Assembly: GCA_023957215.1 (NCBI GenBank)
Contig: JAMLHH010000010.1
Coordinates: 6,979-70,978 of the forward strand
Length of the DNA: 64,000 bases
Reading direction: 5' to 3'
DNA from: Chitinophagales bacterium
Lineage (GTDB): Bacteria > Bacteroidota > Bacteroidia > Chitinophagales > JADIYW01
The notes beneath the pieces are model-generated. The model did no database searches. It was not told where the DNA came from and saw only the letters and a list, made by a program, of their open reading frames with translations. Both the position numbers and the translations under genes were made by a program. Every line of letters begins with the position of its first letter. Within the stretch, counting starts at the first letter, position 1. Of this stretch, positions 1 through 10,170 are shown piece after piece.

Positions 1-866
1 GTGAGATAAGTTTTTCCATTACTGCTTGCAATAGAAGGTCCATTGTGGGGGCAGCCATCTATCACCCATCCGTCCTTGCTGAAATCACTCGGTGCCTGAA
101 AGCTTTTTCCGTTATCGTTAGAGGTAGCGACAGAAATATCTCTTACGTTTTCCTTGGATAAATCTCTAAATGCAATAGATACTTGTCCATCTTGTTCGGA
201 TGAAATAGCTATTCTACAACATTGACAAGCTTTGGGAGTGATCATATAGGCATTGTCAAATCCACCGGATTTTAAAGTTTTAGCAAAAAAGACCGGACGG
301 CTGAAGTTTTTGGGATTCGTATCATTGTCTAACCATGCAACTCCTATTTCGCCATCACTCAATCTACTCAAACCTGAAAAGCTGGGTGATGAACCTTGAT
401 ATTTGTTTTTGAAAACGGATTGTGCTACTGTCCAAGTTTTTCCTTTGTCTTTCGATTCCATATAGCTCAAATCGGAAATGCCCCATTTTTTACCTTCTAC
501 CGGAACGGAGCTTTCGTAGGTGGCAATCATTATTCCGTCACCTTTGAACGCAATTTTGGGCATACCTTCTTCGTGAACACTGGTATTGTCAGGGAGATTG
601 ATTTGTTGTTTTTCTCCAAATGTATTTTTGGCTTCATCCCAAAGTGCAAAAAATAAAATAGGATGTTTGTTGCTATCTTTTTCGACCCAACTGATAGCGG
701 GATAGCCATTTTCATCTGTGGTTAAAAACACACAGGAAGCTTTGTTTTCCGTATTAGAAATTAAAAAATTTTCGGTACCTATTTCTATTTCTTTCGAACT
801 GTTATTACATGAAATGACACTTTGTAATAGAATGATTACTGAAAGTGCGGAAAGTATTTTTCTCAT
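1..866 (-). CDS. BNR/Asp-box (sialidase-fold) lipoprotein; the C-terminus runs off the window start
   Basis: Not in the ORF track because it is open at the window edge. My reverse translation from the ATG (CAT at 864-866) gives MRKILSALSVIILLQSVISCNN (lipoprotein-type signal). It contains two Asp-box motifs, SKDKGKTW (~425-450) and SNDNGKSF (~100-125). Confidence 0.7.
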   Translation of the reverse strand, partial: MRKILSALSVIILLQSVISCNNSSKEIEIGTENFLISNTENKASCVFLTTDENGYPAISWVEKDSNKHPILFFALWDEAKNTFGEKQQINLPDNTSVHEEGMPKIAFKGDGIMIATYESSVPVEGKKWGISDLSYMESKDKGKTWTVAQSVFKNKYQGSSPSFSGLSRLSDGEIGVAWLDNDTNPKNFSRPVFFAKTLKSGGFDNAYMITPKACQCCRIAISSEQDGQVSIAFRDLSKENVRDISVATSNDNGKSFQAPSDFSKDGWVIDGCPHNGPSIASSNGKTYL

Positions 867-870
867 AATT

Positions 871-3180
871 TTACTTTTTAAATAAATATTTCAAACTCAA
901 TCCTCCGTAATAATTTCTTGTCGGATTGGGATTATAATATGCAGGTGCATTTCCTCCAAAACCTACTGCGTTTAAAGCAACAAACGAACTGTACTTTGTG
1001 TTTGTTAAATTATCAATTCCGGCGTAAATGTCTAAGACTAATTTGCTCCACAACTCATTTTGATAACCTAATTTGATATTGAGTACGGACCATGCTTTGT
1101 TGTAATTTGTATTTGCATCGTCCAAAGGTAATTTGTCATTGTAGTAGAAATTTGCATTTGCGTAAAGCCCCATACGCATCTCCATGTCCAAACCCAAGTT
1201 GAAAGTCCAAGGGGCAATGCCTGTCAACCGGTTTCCTGTAAAATCGTCTTTGATGATGTCGTCTGCCGTCAAAATTTTATAATCCGTAAATCTGAAATGG
1301 GAATATGAACCTGAAAAAGTTGCTCGCAGACTGCTGACTTTTTTCATATCGTTGTCTCTAACCGCTTCATAAGCCAATGCCAATTCCACACCGCTGTGGT
1401 CTGTCTTACCCGAATTTCTGTAAATAGTGATGTTTTGCTGTATGGTAATCGGTATCAATTCGTCTTTCATCTTCATTTTGTACAATGCCAAATCATAATT
1501 GAATCGGGAATTGAGTAAAAGACCTTTTGCGTTAAACTCATAATTGATTGCTTTCTGTGCCTGAATATTCTTATTGATATTTCTGTCTTCGTCTTGTATT
1601 TCTCCTGTTGTCGGTGGTGAAAATCCGGTACTGACACTGGTATGCAGACTTAAAAAGTCCCCAAAATTATAACTAAGTGCAGCACGCGGAGAAACTTGTC
1701 CGTTGAATTTTTTTACTCCGTTTTTTGCAATATTCAGAAAGTTTTTGAAGTCGTAAGACAAGCCATTAAAACTCAAGCCCAAAGCCAATTGAAGTTTTGG
1801 GGTAAAAGATGTTTGAGATTGTAAAAAAGCAGAATACAGGGTATTTTTATATTCTGTGCTGGTACGGATGGCGCCTTCTTCACCGTGTACATTTTCGTAT
1901 TGTGTGCCTGTCGAATAAGCCTGATTAAATTCCGCTCCAAAAGATACCAAGGTATTGAATTTTGAGAGTTTCGGATTAAAATCAAACTTCGTTCTGGCAC
2001 CATAGCTTTGATAATTATTGTGCAAATAGGCATAAGGTAAGGGATGGTCAAGATGATAGAAATAGGTAAATAGACTGGTGGTGTTTGAAAACATACTGTT
2101 AAACTGATACGTGTGACCGATACCTATTCTTGTCCACTTTTGGTCTCTACCTGCTTTTTTATCTAAATTGCTTGCATTGGCTTGTTTGGGATTTTGCTGC
2201 ATTTGGTCATAGGTCAAGGCTCCGGGGATTTCAGAATCTTGGGCTGTACGATTGATTAAGACAGTCAGGCGTTGTTTGTCTGACGGATAAAACTGCATGT
2301 TGGCAGTGAGGAAGTTCCTTTCGTCTTTGCTGTGTTCACGATAGCCGTCATACCACTGTTTTCCGTAAGAGATATAAGTATTGATTTTATCTCCACCATA
2401 TCTGTATGCAGTAGATACTCTTTTGAGTCCAAAGCTGCCAAAAAGTGTAGATGCCTGCAAGCTTCTTTCTTGATAAGGTGCTCTGTTCATCTCAAAAAGA
2501 GCTACACCACTCAGACCTCCACCATAAATACTGGATGCCGGGCCACGGATAATTTCTACTCTACCCAAATCATTGATATCTAATCCTTCTATCCTTGTCG
2601 TACCATCGGCTTCCGTCAGAGGAATGCCATTGATATACACCTTTAAATCACGGATGCCATATTGTGATCGGACACCACTTCCCCTGATGGATATTCTTGC
2701 ATCAGAAAGTGTACTTTGATCCATTCTGACACCGGGAATACTGTTGAGTGCGCCTGCCATAGAGATACCGCTTCCTGTTCTGATATTGTCGCCATCGAGT
2801 ACAGTGATAGCTCCTGCTGTTTCTCTATTGGTTTTATTGCCTCCATAAGCTCTTACTTTTACTTCACTTAATAAGATGGCATCTTGCTGGAGTTTGATAT
2901 TTAATTCTTCATTGCCTTTATATTTTACGTCTAAATTTTTATAACCTATCAGGCTCAAAACTAAAGTGCCGCTTGTATCCTTGACTTTTATTTGAAAAAA
3001 ACCATCCTCGTCAGAAACGGCGTGTGACTGTAAGTCTAAAGTTTTGATATAGACTCCTGTCAGTGGTTCTTGGTCATCCACATCGTAAATATGACCTTGT
3101 ATTATTTTTGTTTGTGCATGGATTAGAGTGAAACCCATTATCATCCATATCCATGCGATATATTTTATCGATTTTTTCAT
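871..3180 (-). CDS. TonB-dependent receptor with N-terminal CarboxypepD_reg-like domain
   Basis: 769 aa. Signal peptide, then IQGHIYDVDDQEPLTGVYIKT (carboxypeptidase-regulatory-like fold). Plug region ITVLDGDNIRTGSGISMAGALNSIPGV, a long beta-barrel, and an aromatic C-terminal end (LKYLFKK). Confidence 0.9.
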   Translation of the reverse strand: MKKSIKYIAWIWMIMGFTLIHAQTKIIQGHIYDVDDQEPLTGVYIKTLDLQSHAVSDEDGFFQIKVKDTSGTLVLSLIGYKNLDVKYKGNEELNIKLQQDAILLSEVKVRAYGGNKTNRETAGAITVLDGDNIRTGSGISMAGALNSIPGVRMDQSTLSDARISIRGSGVRSQYGIRDLKVYINGIPLTEADGTTRIEGLDINDLGRVEIIRGPASSIYGGGLSGVALFEMNRAPYQERSLQASTLFGSFGLKRVSTAYRYGGDKINTYISYGKQWYDGYREHSKDERNFLTANMQFYPSDKQRLTVLINRTAQDSEIPGALTYDQMQQNPKQANASNLDKKAGRDQKWTRIGIGHTYQFNSMFSNTTSLFTYFYHLDHPLPYAYLHNNYQSYGARTKFDFNPKLSKFNTLVSFGAEFNQAYSTGTQYENVHGEEGAIRTSTEYKNTLYSAFLQSQTSFTPKLQLALGLSFNGLSYDFKNFLNIAKNGVKKFNGQVSPRAALSYNFGDFLSLHTSVSTGFSPPTTGEIQDEDRNINKNIQAQKAINYEFNAKGLLLNSRFNYDLALYKMKMKDELIPITIQQNITIYRNSGKTDHSGVELALAYEAVRDNDMKKVSSLRATFSGSYSHFRFTDYKILTADDIIKDDFTGNRLTGIAPWTFNLGLDMEMRMGLYANANFYYNDKLPLDDANTNYNKAWSVLNIKLGYQNELWSKLVLDIYAGIDNLTNTKYSSFVALNAVGFGGNAPAYYNPNPTRNYYGGLSLKYLFKK

Positions 3181-3294
3181 TTTTCTTATTTAGATATAAT
3201 ATTTAATATTATAGAGTCTATGACTCCATAATTGTTACAAATCCTACCAACTTATAGGTTGATAAGTTTTCTCTTTTGACAAGAGAGATAAAAT

Positions 3295-3684
3295 CTAAAC
3301 GAGTGTGATAGGTGGTCTCATCAGAGACTGTTCTAATTGGGTATCTGCCAATGGATGGTATTGGGAATTGTATATGTGTGTATTCTTCTCATTGTTTTTA
3401 AAGTCAACTGCATATAGATTCTCACAAAATAAAACGTATTCAATGATTTTTGCATGGGGAACATTAGTATCATTTTGCTCTGTCTCATCCATTTTATGTG
3501 CGACTTGACATTTTCCCTCACAGTGCATTTCGGGCATATCCATGTTCTCACAAGAAGCGGCATACTTAGCTGTATCCAAGGAGTAATTAATGAGGATGAT
3601 ATTTTTTTGAAAAGACTGTGCGATTAAGGCTAAAGCCAGAGTGATGACGACGATCAATTGATATGTTTTAATCCGCCTTCTCAT
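3295..3684 (-). CDS. Small single-pass membrane protein with Cys motif; function unknown
   Basis: 129 aa. N-terminal TM segment (YQLIVVITLALALIAQSF), then CENMDMPEMHCEGKC (C-x9-C-x3-C). Co-oriented 114 nt upstream of the TonB-dependent receptor. Confidence 0.55.
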   Translation of the reverse strand: MRRRIKTYQLIVVITLALALIAQSFQKNIILINYSLDTAKYAASCENMDMPEMHCEGKCQVAHKMDETEQNDTNVPHAKIIEYVLFCENLYAVDFKNNEKNTHIYNSQYHPLADTQLEQSLMRPPITLV

Positions 3685-4167
3685 TTGACATCATAAAGTT
3701 AACTATTTAAAAGCCAAACATATTTTTTATGAGGAAGTTAGTGTTGTCATTAATGTAAAGATAATACTCAGTGAGCGAATATGTCTTGCCCTATTTGTTT
3801 AAGCGACATAAAAACCTTATTCAAATAAGATAGGTCAAAAATCATCTTCAACAGGAATAGTATTTAGAGATAATTTTTAGTGTAGAAGTGATTGGCTGAT
3901 AGAGCAGTTGATAAATTAATCAAAAAAAAACAGCTTCCAATCTATGTGTGGAATGTTCTATTTTATATTGGCATTTTTTTACTTAAAACATCAAATTATT
4001 TATAAAAAGTGTCTAAAATGACGAAAAATTCAGACACTTTGTCTCAGAGGCATATACTACCTTGCTTATTTTTTGCAACATATTAAATATTTTTGGTATA
4101 TTATAGGGGCAAAGTACTTCTTTTTTGATTTTTTTCTTATCCAAAACTTACGTAAGATTAATATTTT

Positions 4168-4293
4168 GGCTAAAGCCATTAATTGGGAATAAATATTTTT
4201 TATCTACAGGCTAAAGCCTGTGGCGATTCATCAAAATATGCAGCAATTCAATCTATAATATCTCAATTCATGATTTGGAATGCGGCTTTAGCC
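4168..4293. repeat. Three copies of the 10-nt core GGCTAAAGCC (third copy inverted)
   Basis: GGCTAAAGCC at 4168-4177 and 4209-4218; GGCTTTAGCC at 4284-4293. The third copy is embedded in the hairpin GGAATG-CGGCTTTAGCCC-CATTCC (~4276-4299). Confidence 0.6.
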
Positions 4294-4313
4294 CATTCCT
4301 AAAAGAACACACC

Positions 4314-5345
4314 TCACTCAAAATCCCACCAAACCTCTCTTAAAGCAGGTTCATCGATTCGATATGCCTGACCAATTTTCGGGATACAATAATTAAGATT
4401 TTTCTTTTCGGCAGCCACTATAAATCTTTTGATGGAGTCATTCCATTTGTGAAAAGCTAGAGAGTATTTTCCCCAATGAATAGGTACTACCGTTTTCAAA
4501 CCCAATAAATGAGCAGCTTCGGCGGATTGCTCCGGAAACATGTGATGCACCGGCCATGAAGTATTGTACTGACCATTCTCTATAAAACCGAAATCAAAAG
4601 GTCCGTATTTTTCACCTATTGCTTGAAAGTGTTTTCCGAAACCGCCATCACCGGCAAGAAATAGCTTGTATTTTCCCAATCGTAAAAAATAGGCACACCA
4701 CAGCGATTGATCTCTTTTGAATGTTCTACCTGAACTATGTCTTGTAGTCAAAGCAGTGATTTCTATATTTTCATCTATGTGAAAAGTATCATCCCAATCC
4801 ATCGTTTGAATTTTATCTGCACGCACACCCCAAAATTTCAGATGTGCATCTACACCTAATGGACAGACAATCTTTTTCGTCATCTTGTGAATTTGACCAA
4901 CTGTATAATAATCTAAGTGGTCGTAATGATCATGCGTAAAAATCAAAACATCTATCGGAGGTATATCTTGAATAGTATAGATTTCTGTACCCTGAAAAGC
5001 AACTACAGATTTGTAAATAGGTGATACATTAGAACTAAATAACGGATCTACAGCTATTACTTTACCTTGCCAAAATATAAAATAAGAAGAATGCCCTAGC
5101 CAAACAACAGTCGGGACATCTGCTTGAATATTTTTTAAATCCGTTTGAATAGTAGGTATTTGTCCATGAGGTTTGGAATCTCTTTCTCTGGTGGCAAACT
5201 CCAAAAATATTTTCCCCGGACTTTTGGGCTCTAATTCAGGCGGAGTTTGTTCACGATTTCTAAAAGCTCCTTTGATAAAATTAGGTGAAGCTTTGACCTG
5301 TTCTAAAATTTTTCCACTCGGAAGTTTCCCAAATCTCTCAAACAT
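4314..5345 (-). CDS. MBL-fold metallo-hydrolase (NAPE-PLD-like)
   Basis: 343 aa. Metallo-beta-lactamase motif THDHYDHLD, and a length and architecture typical of this family. Confidence 0.85.
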   Translation of the reverse strand: MFERFGKLPSGKILEQVKASPNFIKGAFRNREQTPPELEPKSPGKIFLEFATRERDSKPHGQIPTIQTDLKNIQADVPTVVWLGHSSYFIFWQGKVIAVDPLFSSNVSPIYKSVVAFQGTEIYTIQDIPPIDVLIFTHDHYDHLDYYTVGQIHKMTKKIVCPLGVDAHLKFWGVRADKIQTMDWDDTFHIDENIEITALTTRHSSGRTFKRDQSLWCAYFLRLGKYKLFLAGDGGFGKHFQAIGEKYGPFDFGFIENGQYNTSWPVHHMFPEQSAEAAHLLGLKTVVPIHWGKYSLAFHKWNDSIKRFIVAAEKKNLNYCIPKIGQAYRIDEPALREVWWDFE

Positions 5346-5456
5346 AAATTCCTACTCTACTAAATAGACAAACCTAAGCCAATTAAGATAGTTTATATTT
5401 ACTTTTCAAGCTTTTTTCTCATTATCTTCGACTTTTGTAACAAGATTTATTCTTGC

Positions 5457-7397
5457 ATGAGGTTTTTTAGACATATTACACTCGTTTTTTTTAGTTTCAT
5501 CATATTAACAGCTTGCGTGACTAGTAGCAAGGTGAAATCTGGTACTGAAAACTTCCATCTAAAAAGATATGCCACCGCTATCCCTATCTTAAAAGAAGAA
5601 ATCACCAAAGCTAAAACTCAAGAAGCAAAGGCTGAGATAGCACAAATGATTGCCCAAGCTTATGATTTTCAAGGAAAATATGCTGATGCTGAAGAGTGGT
5701 ACAAATCAGTGTATGATTTTTCTCCTAATAGTGAGACACAATTTGCCTATGCACAGGCTCTGATGCGTAGTGAAAAATATACCGATGCGAAAAAAGTATT
5801 GGAAATTTATCTTAGAGAAAATAGACAAGACAGAAGAATCGTAGAACCTATGATAGCCACTTGTGACTATGTGCTAAAGCATGGTGATGAAGATAAAAAC
5901 TATCTCAACATCACAGCTTTTAAAGCTAATTCCGAATCAGATGATTTTGATGCAAATATCATAGACGGGAAAATAGTTTTTTCTTCTACAAGAGCAGGAA
6001 GTTCAGATACACCTACAGAATGGAACAATGAAGATTTTTCAGCTTTATGGTGGACTAACTCAAATGGCACTACAGCAGAAAAGTATTTAGAGTTTGCCAA
6101 TAAATACCACATCGCTTCATTATCTATGACTGCTGATAACAAAACAGCTTATTTCACACAATGTGGTTCTAATGCAATAGGTAACACTGACTACTGTGGA
6201 ATTTATAGAGTACAAAAGCAAGATTTTGATTGGTCTGAACCGGAGCAAATTCATATTTGGGGAGATACTTTTAATGTAGGTCAGTCATATATCACACCTG
6301 ATGGACAAACGCTTTATTTTTCTTCTGATGCACCTTATGGTTATGGTGGAAAAGATTTGTATTCGCTAAAAATATACAAAGACGGAACTTATGGCGAGCC
6401 GATTAATTTGGGTTCAAGAGTGAATACCACTTATGATGAAATGTTTCCTTACACTACCTCAGATGAAAACACTTTATATTTTTCTTCCAATAAAACAGAT
6501 GGTTTTGGTGGCTTAGACATCTATAAAGCAACGAAAGTGGGTAGATTATTTACCAATGCAGAAAAACTACCTTATGGAATCAATACTGGAAAAGATGATT
6601 TTGGATTAAAACTTTTGACAGAAAATAATGCTGATACAAGTATCGTTATCAATGGCTTTTTCACTAGCAATAGAAATGGAAATGACAACTTATACTTTGT
6701 AGAAGCACAGAAAATGCCTGAAAAAGAAATTGCACCAGGTATGATTATTTTAGAAGGTGAGGTGGTGGAAAATATTTATGCAGACTCACTCAATCCGAAT
6801 AGTACTATTTTAGGACAGCAACCTATTGCATATCCAGATATTACTTTGAGTAAGCAGTCTATATCCAGTGATGAAGAAGGTTTTTTCACTACTCAATTGG
6901 ATAGTGGTTTTGCTTACCAACTCAATGTCAGTAAGGAAGATTATCTATCTGTCACCAAAAATTTTAATACCGTCAACATTCAAATTCTAGCAGGTGACAC
7001 TATTTTCATTCGTGAAAAAATAGTTTTATCTAAAATATATAGAAATGTAGAAATCGTATTGAATAATATTTATTACGATTTTGACAAAGCAGATATACGC
7101 GAGGATGCACAACCGACATTAGATACACTCGCACAACTTTTACTCAACAACCCTAAAATAGAAATAGAACTTGCTTCACATACCGACTGTAGAGGGAATG
7201 ATGATTATAACATGAAATTATCACAAAGACGTGCAGAAAGTGCTGTAGAATACTTGATTTCAAAAGGAGTAGAAAGCAATAGATTGACAGCAAAAGGTTA
7301 TGGAGCATCTCTACCTGTTGAACAATGTGCATGTGAAAAATGTACAGAAGATCAACATCAACGAAACAGAAGGACTACCTTTAAGGTTATAAATTAA
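5457..7397 (+). CDS. OmpA-family lipoprotein with TPR and TolB-like beta-propeller repeats
   Basis: 646 aa. Lipobox (ILTAC). Repeated TolB/WD40-like units (YFSSDAPYGYGGKDLY, YFSSNKTDGFGGLDIY). C-terminal OmpA domain (NNIYYDFDKADI...SHTDCRGNDDYNMKLSQRRAESAVEYL). Confidence 0.85.
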   Translation: MRFFRHITLVFFSFIILTACVTSSKVKSGTENFHLKRYATAIPILKEEITKAKTQEAKAEIAQMIAQAYDFQGKYADAEEWYKSVYDFSPNSETQFAYAQALMRSEKYTDAKKVLEIYLRENRQDRRIVEPMIATCDYVLKHGDEDKNYLNITAFKANSESDDFDANIIDGKIVFSSTRAGSSDTPTEWNNEDFSALWWTNSNGTTAEKYLEFANKYHIASLSMTADNKTAYFTQCGSNAIGNTDYCGIYRVQKQDFDWSEPEQIHIWGDTFNVGQSYITPDGQTLYFSSDAPYGYGGKDLYSLKIYKDGTYGEPINLGSRVNTTYDEMFPYTTSDENTLYFSSNKTDGFGGLDIYKATKVGRLFTNAEKLPYGINTGKDDFGLKLLTENNADTSIVINGFFTSNRNGNDNLYFVEAQKMPEKEIAPGMIILEGEVVENIYADSLNPNSTILGQQPIAYPDITLSKQSISSDEEGFFTTQLDSGFAYQLNVSKEDYLSVTKNFNTVNIQILAGDTIFIREKIVLSKIYRNVEIVLNNIYYDFDKADIREDAQPTLDTLAQLLLNNPKIEIELASHTDCRGNDDYNMKLSQRRAESAVEYLISKGVESNRLTAKGYGASLPVEQCACEKCTEDQHQRNRRTTFKVIN

Positions 7398-7403
7398 AAA
7401 GCT

Positions 7404-7856
7404 ATGGCAAAATTACTTTGGGACAAAGAAAATCAGAGGGCATTAGAAGCTAGATTTGAAAATCTAAAAGCTGATAATAAAAGACAATGGGGCAAAATGA
7501 CCATTAGTCAAATGTTGAGACACTTAGATGTTGCACTGAAAAATCCACTCAACGAAGTAGAGGTGAAGAAAAATCCTTTGGAAACAATTGTATCTTTCAA
7601 ACCAGTCAAGCATTTTTTCGTATATGCATTGCCATTTATGAAAAATCTACCTACTGCAGATGAATTTAAAGTGACAGAAGCTTTAGATTTTGATACTGAA
7701 AAAGAAGAATTTTTAAAAACTTATCACAAGTTGATAGAAAAAGCTGACACCATGAATTTTGCTAGTCATCCTATTTTTGGCAATATGAGTAAAAGAGAAT
7801 GGGGGGCCATGCTTTATAAACACATCGATCACCATTTAAGACAATTCAGCGCATAA
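7404..7856 (+). CDS. DUF1569 / DinB-like family protein
   Basis: 150 aa. The C-terminal HIDHHLRQF motif and the size are typical of DUF1569. Confidence 0.6.
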   Translation: MAKLLWDKENQRALEARFENLKADNKRQWGKMTISQMLRHLDVALKNPLNEVEVKKNPLETIVSFKPVKHFFVYALPFMKNLPTADEFKVTEALDFDTEKEEFLKTYHKLIEKADTMNFASHPIFGNMSKREWGAMLYKHIDHHLRQFSA

Positions 7857-7874
7857 TCACACCGAAAAATCAGA

Positions 7875-9056
7875 ATGAGTACAGATTCAAAACGATACGA
7901 TCAGAGAGGAGTTTCCGCTACTAAAGATGAAGTTCATGCAGCTATCAAAAATATAGACCAAGGACTTTTTCCAAATGCATTTTGTAAAATCTATCCGGAC
8001 CATTTAGGTCAAGACCCGGATTGGTGTAATATTATCCATGCAGATGGAGCCGGTACTAAATCTGTTTTAGCCTATATGTATTGGAAAGAAACAGGCGACT
8101 TGAGTGTTTGGAAAGGAATCGCTCAAGATGCTATTGTGATGAATACAGACGATTTAATCTGTGTCGGTGCAACTACTAACTTTCTGATGAGTTCTATTAT
8201 CAATCGCAACAAACATCTCATTCCGGGAGAAGTCATTAAAGCATTGATAGAAGGTTCACAAGAGGTAGCTGACAATCTCCGTCAACATGGTGTAGAAGTT
8301 CATTTGATGGGCGGTGAAACAGCTGATGTAGGCGACTGTATGCGTACCGTGATGGTAGATGCTGTGATGAGTACTCGTATGCGTAGATCTGATGTGATTA
8401 CCAATGAAAATATTCAAGCAGGTGATGTGATAGTTGGATTTTCATCTTATGGACAAACCACTTATGAATCCGAATATAATGGAGGCATGGGTAGCAATGG
8501 TTTGACTTCTGCTCGTCACGATGTTTTGGCACATGAATATGCAGTGAAATATTCGGAATGCTACGATCCACAAACGGATATAGATTTGGTTTACTGTGGT
8601 TCCAAAAAGTTGACAGATAGTGTAGAAAATGCACCTTTGGATGTAGGTAAACTGATACTCTCTCCTACTCGTGCTTACGCACCACTAGTCAAAAAAATTA
8701 TAGATGAAGGTTTGCGAGATCTGCTACATGGTTTGATACATTGTTCGGGTGGTGCACAAACTAAAATCTTACACTATATCGGTAACAATTTGCATGTAAT
8801 TAAAGATAATCTTTTGCCGATTCCACCATTATTTCAGTTGATACAAAGTGAGTCTAAAACCAATTGGAAAGAGATGTATCAGGTGTTCAATATGGGACAT
8901 CGTTTAGAAGCTTATGTTCCTGAAAGTATCGCACAAAATTTGATCGACATCGCAGCTAGTTTTAATATCGAAGCACAAATTATCGGTCGTGTGGAATCTG
9001 CTCAAAAGAAACAAGTGACTATTCATAGTCCGCATGGGGTGTTTAAATATGAGTAA
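7875..9056 (+). CDS. AIR synthase-related protein (Bacteroidota PurM-type phosphoribosylformylglycinamidine cyclo-ligase)
   Basis: 393 aa. The N-terminus YDQRGVSATKDEVHAAIKNIDQGLFPNAFCKI...HADGAGTKS matches the Bacteroidota PurM-like family as I remember it. Confidence 0.8.
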   Translation: MSTDSKRYDQRGVSATKDEVHAAIKNIDQGLFPNAFCKIYPDHLGQDPDWCNIIHADGAGTKSVLAYMYWKETGDLSVWKGIAQDAIVMNTDDLICVGATTNFLMSSIINRNKHLIPGEVIKALIEGSQEVADNLRQHGVEVHLMGGETADVGDCMRTVMVDAVMSTRMRRSDVITNENIQAGDVIVGFSSYGQTTYESEYNGGMGSNGLTSARHDVLAHEYAVKYSECYDPQTDIDLVYCGSKKLTDSVENAPLDVGKLILSPTRAYAPLVKKIIDEGLRDLLHGLIHCSGGAQTKILHYIGNNLHVIKDNLLPIPPLFQLIQSESKTNWKEMYQVFNMGHRLEAYVPESIAQNLIDIAASFNIEAQIIGRVESAQKKQVTIHSPHGVFKYE

Positions 9057-9197
9057 TAAATGAAATGGGTTAAACGAATCCAAAATTCAAACCTATTTTG
9101 TCTCGTTTTACTACGTTAAATACTAAAAAGAGATAAATCATTTTAGGTGAAAAACTATCAAATTGGGTAATTATCAAATCGACAAATACTTTTTATG

Positions 9198-9205
9198 TAT
9201 TTTTG
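9198..9205 (+). promoter_or_regulatory. Putative Bacteroidota -7 promoter box (TAnnTTTG)
   Basis: TATTTTTG lies 17 nt upstream of the TTG start at 9223. Confidence 0.3.
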
Positions 9206-9222
9206 TCAAATAAAAAATTATT

Positions 9223-10086
9223 TTGAGTACACAGAAAAAAATTATTGCCAAAGGTCGTTACAACTCATGGAATACCATTGAATGGTTGAGCATTATTTTG
9301 ATAGTTGTCTTAATAGGGCTAAGTGTTTTTTTATTTTCATCAGAAGAATTAAGAACTCATAGCATTTATCCTGTCATTGCTGCTTTATTTTTAATAATTT
9401 TCATTGTCATACAGTATGGGTTGCGTGGGAATTTTTATATTTCAAATACAGATATTCTATGGAAAACAAATTATGGCAAAATTCATACTGTGTTGTACGA
9501 GGAGTTGGGAGATAATCAATTAGAATATCGTTCAAACAATAAGACCAATTGGTTGCTTTTTAATAAAGAAGGGAAAAGGATTAAAAAATTTAGAACCATT
9601 CATTCACTGACCGATGCCGGAGCATCCATCTTACTTTTTAGGTACAAAGATTTTTTGCCTGAAATCATTTTTGACTATTGGACACCTAATAAGAAAGGAA
9701 AAAGGACATATCAAAATATTCAACTTGAGCTAAAACTCAATGGTGAACTTGTTTTTAAGACCTTGGGTACAATTACACTTTATACAGACAGATTGCTTTT
9801 TATTCCCACTCAAATTATAGAAAACATCAACAAGTTCGATATCGTATCCGTTCACAAAGCGGGGTTTTTTGACAAAAAAGCGATGTATTTACCTGATAAA
9901 AATATATTGACAAATACATTGGTAGAGGCCGTTTTGGAGAGTGATTTTCCTCCTGCCATCAGAGATTCTTATTTGCAAAAGATTTGCGATGACAATGGCG
10001 GACAAATTTTCGTCAACATGAAAAAAGACGGGAAACAATGGAAAACTTTTAATGAAGGCATAGAAGTTTGCGTTGAGAGAGCATAG
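9223..10086 (+). CDS. Hypothetical membrane protein (2 TM plus a cytoplasmic domain)
   Basis: 287 aa with a TTG start; there is no in-frame ATG for about 220 codons. Two N-terminal TM helices. GTITLYTDRLLFIP resembles GRAM/bacterial-PH-type strands, but that link is weak. Confidence 0.5.
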   Translation: MSTQKKIIAKGRYNSWNTIEWLSIILIVVLIGLSVFLFSSEELRTHSIYPVIAALFLIIFIVIQYGLRGNFYISNTDILWKTNYGKIHTVLYEELGDNQLEYRSNNKTNWLLFNKEGKRIKKFRTIHSLTDAGASILLFRYKDFLPEIIFDYWTPNKKGKRTYQNIQLELKLNGELVFKTLGTITLYTDRLLFIPTQIIENINKFDIVSVHKAGFFDKKAMYLPDKNILTNTLVEAVLESDFPPAIRDSYLQKICDDNGGQIFVNMKKDGKQWKTFNEGIEVCVERA

Positions 10087-10170
10087 ATAACAATAGCTTT
10101 ACTATCAATGCTATGTATAAAAGATTTTATCTATTATTTTAGTCTGTAAATAATTAAAAACCTAAAGAAA

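Noticed and set aside
396-715. Small ORFs 396-656 (+) and 530-715 (-).
   Set aside because: Both fall inside, or out of frame with, the edge-truncated BNR/Asp-box gene on the - strand, which has a signal peptide and two Asp-boxes.
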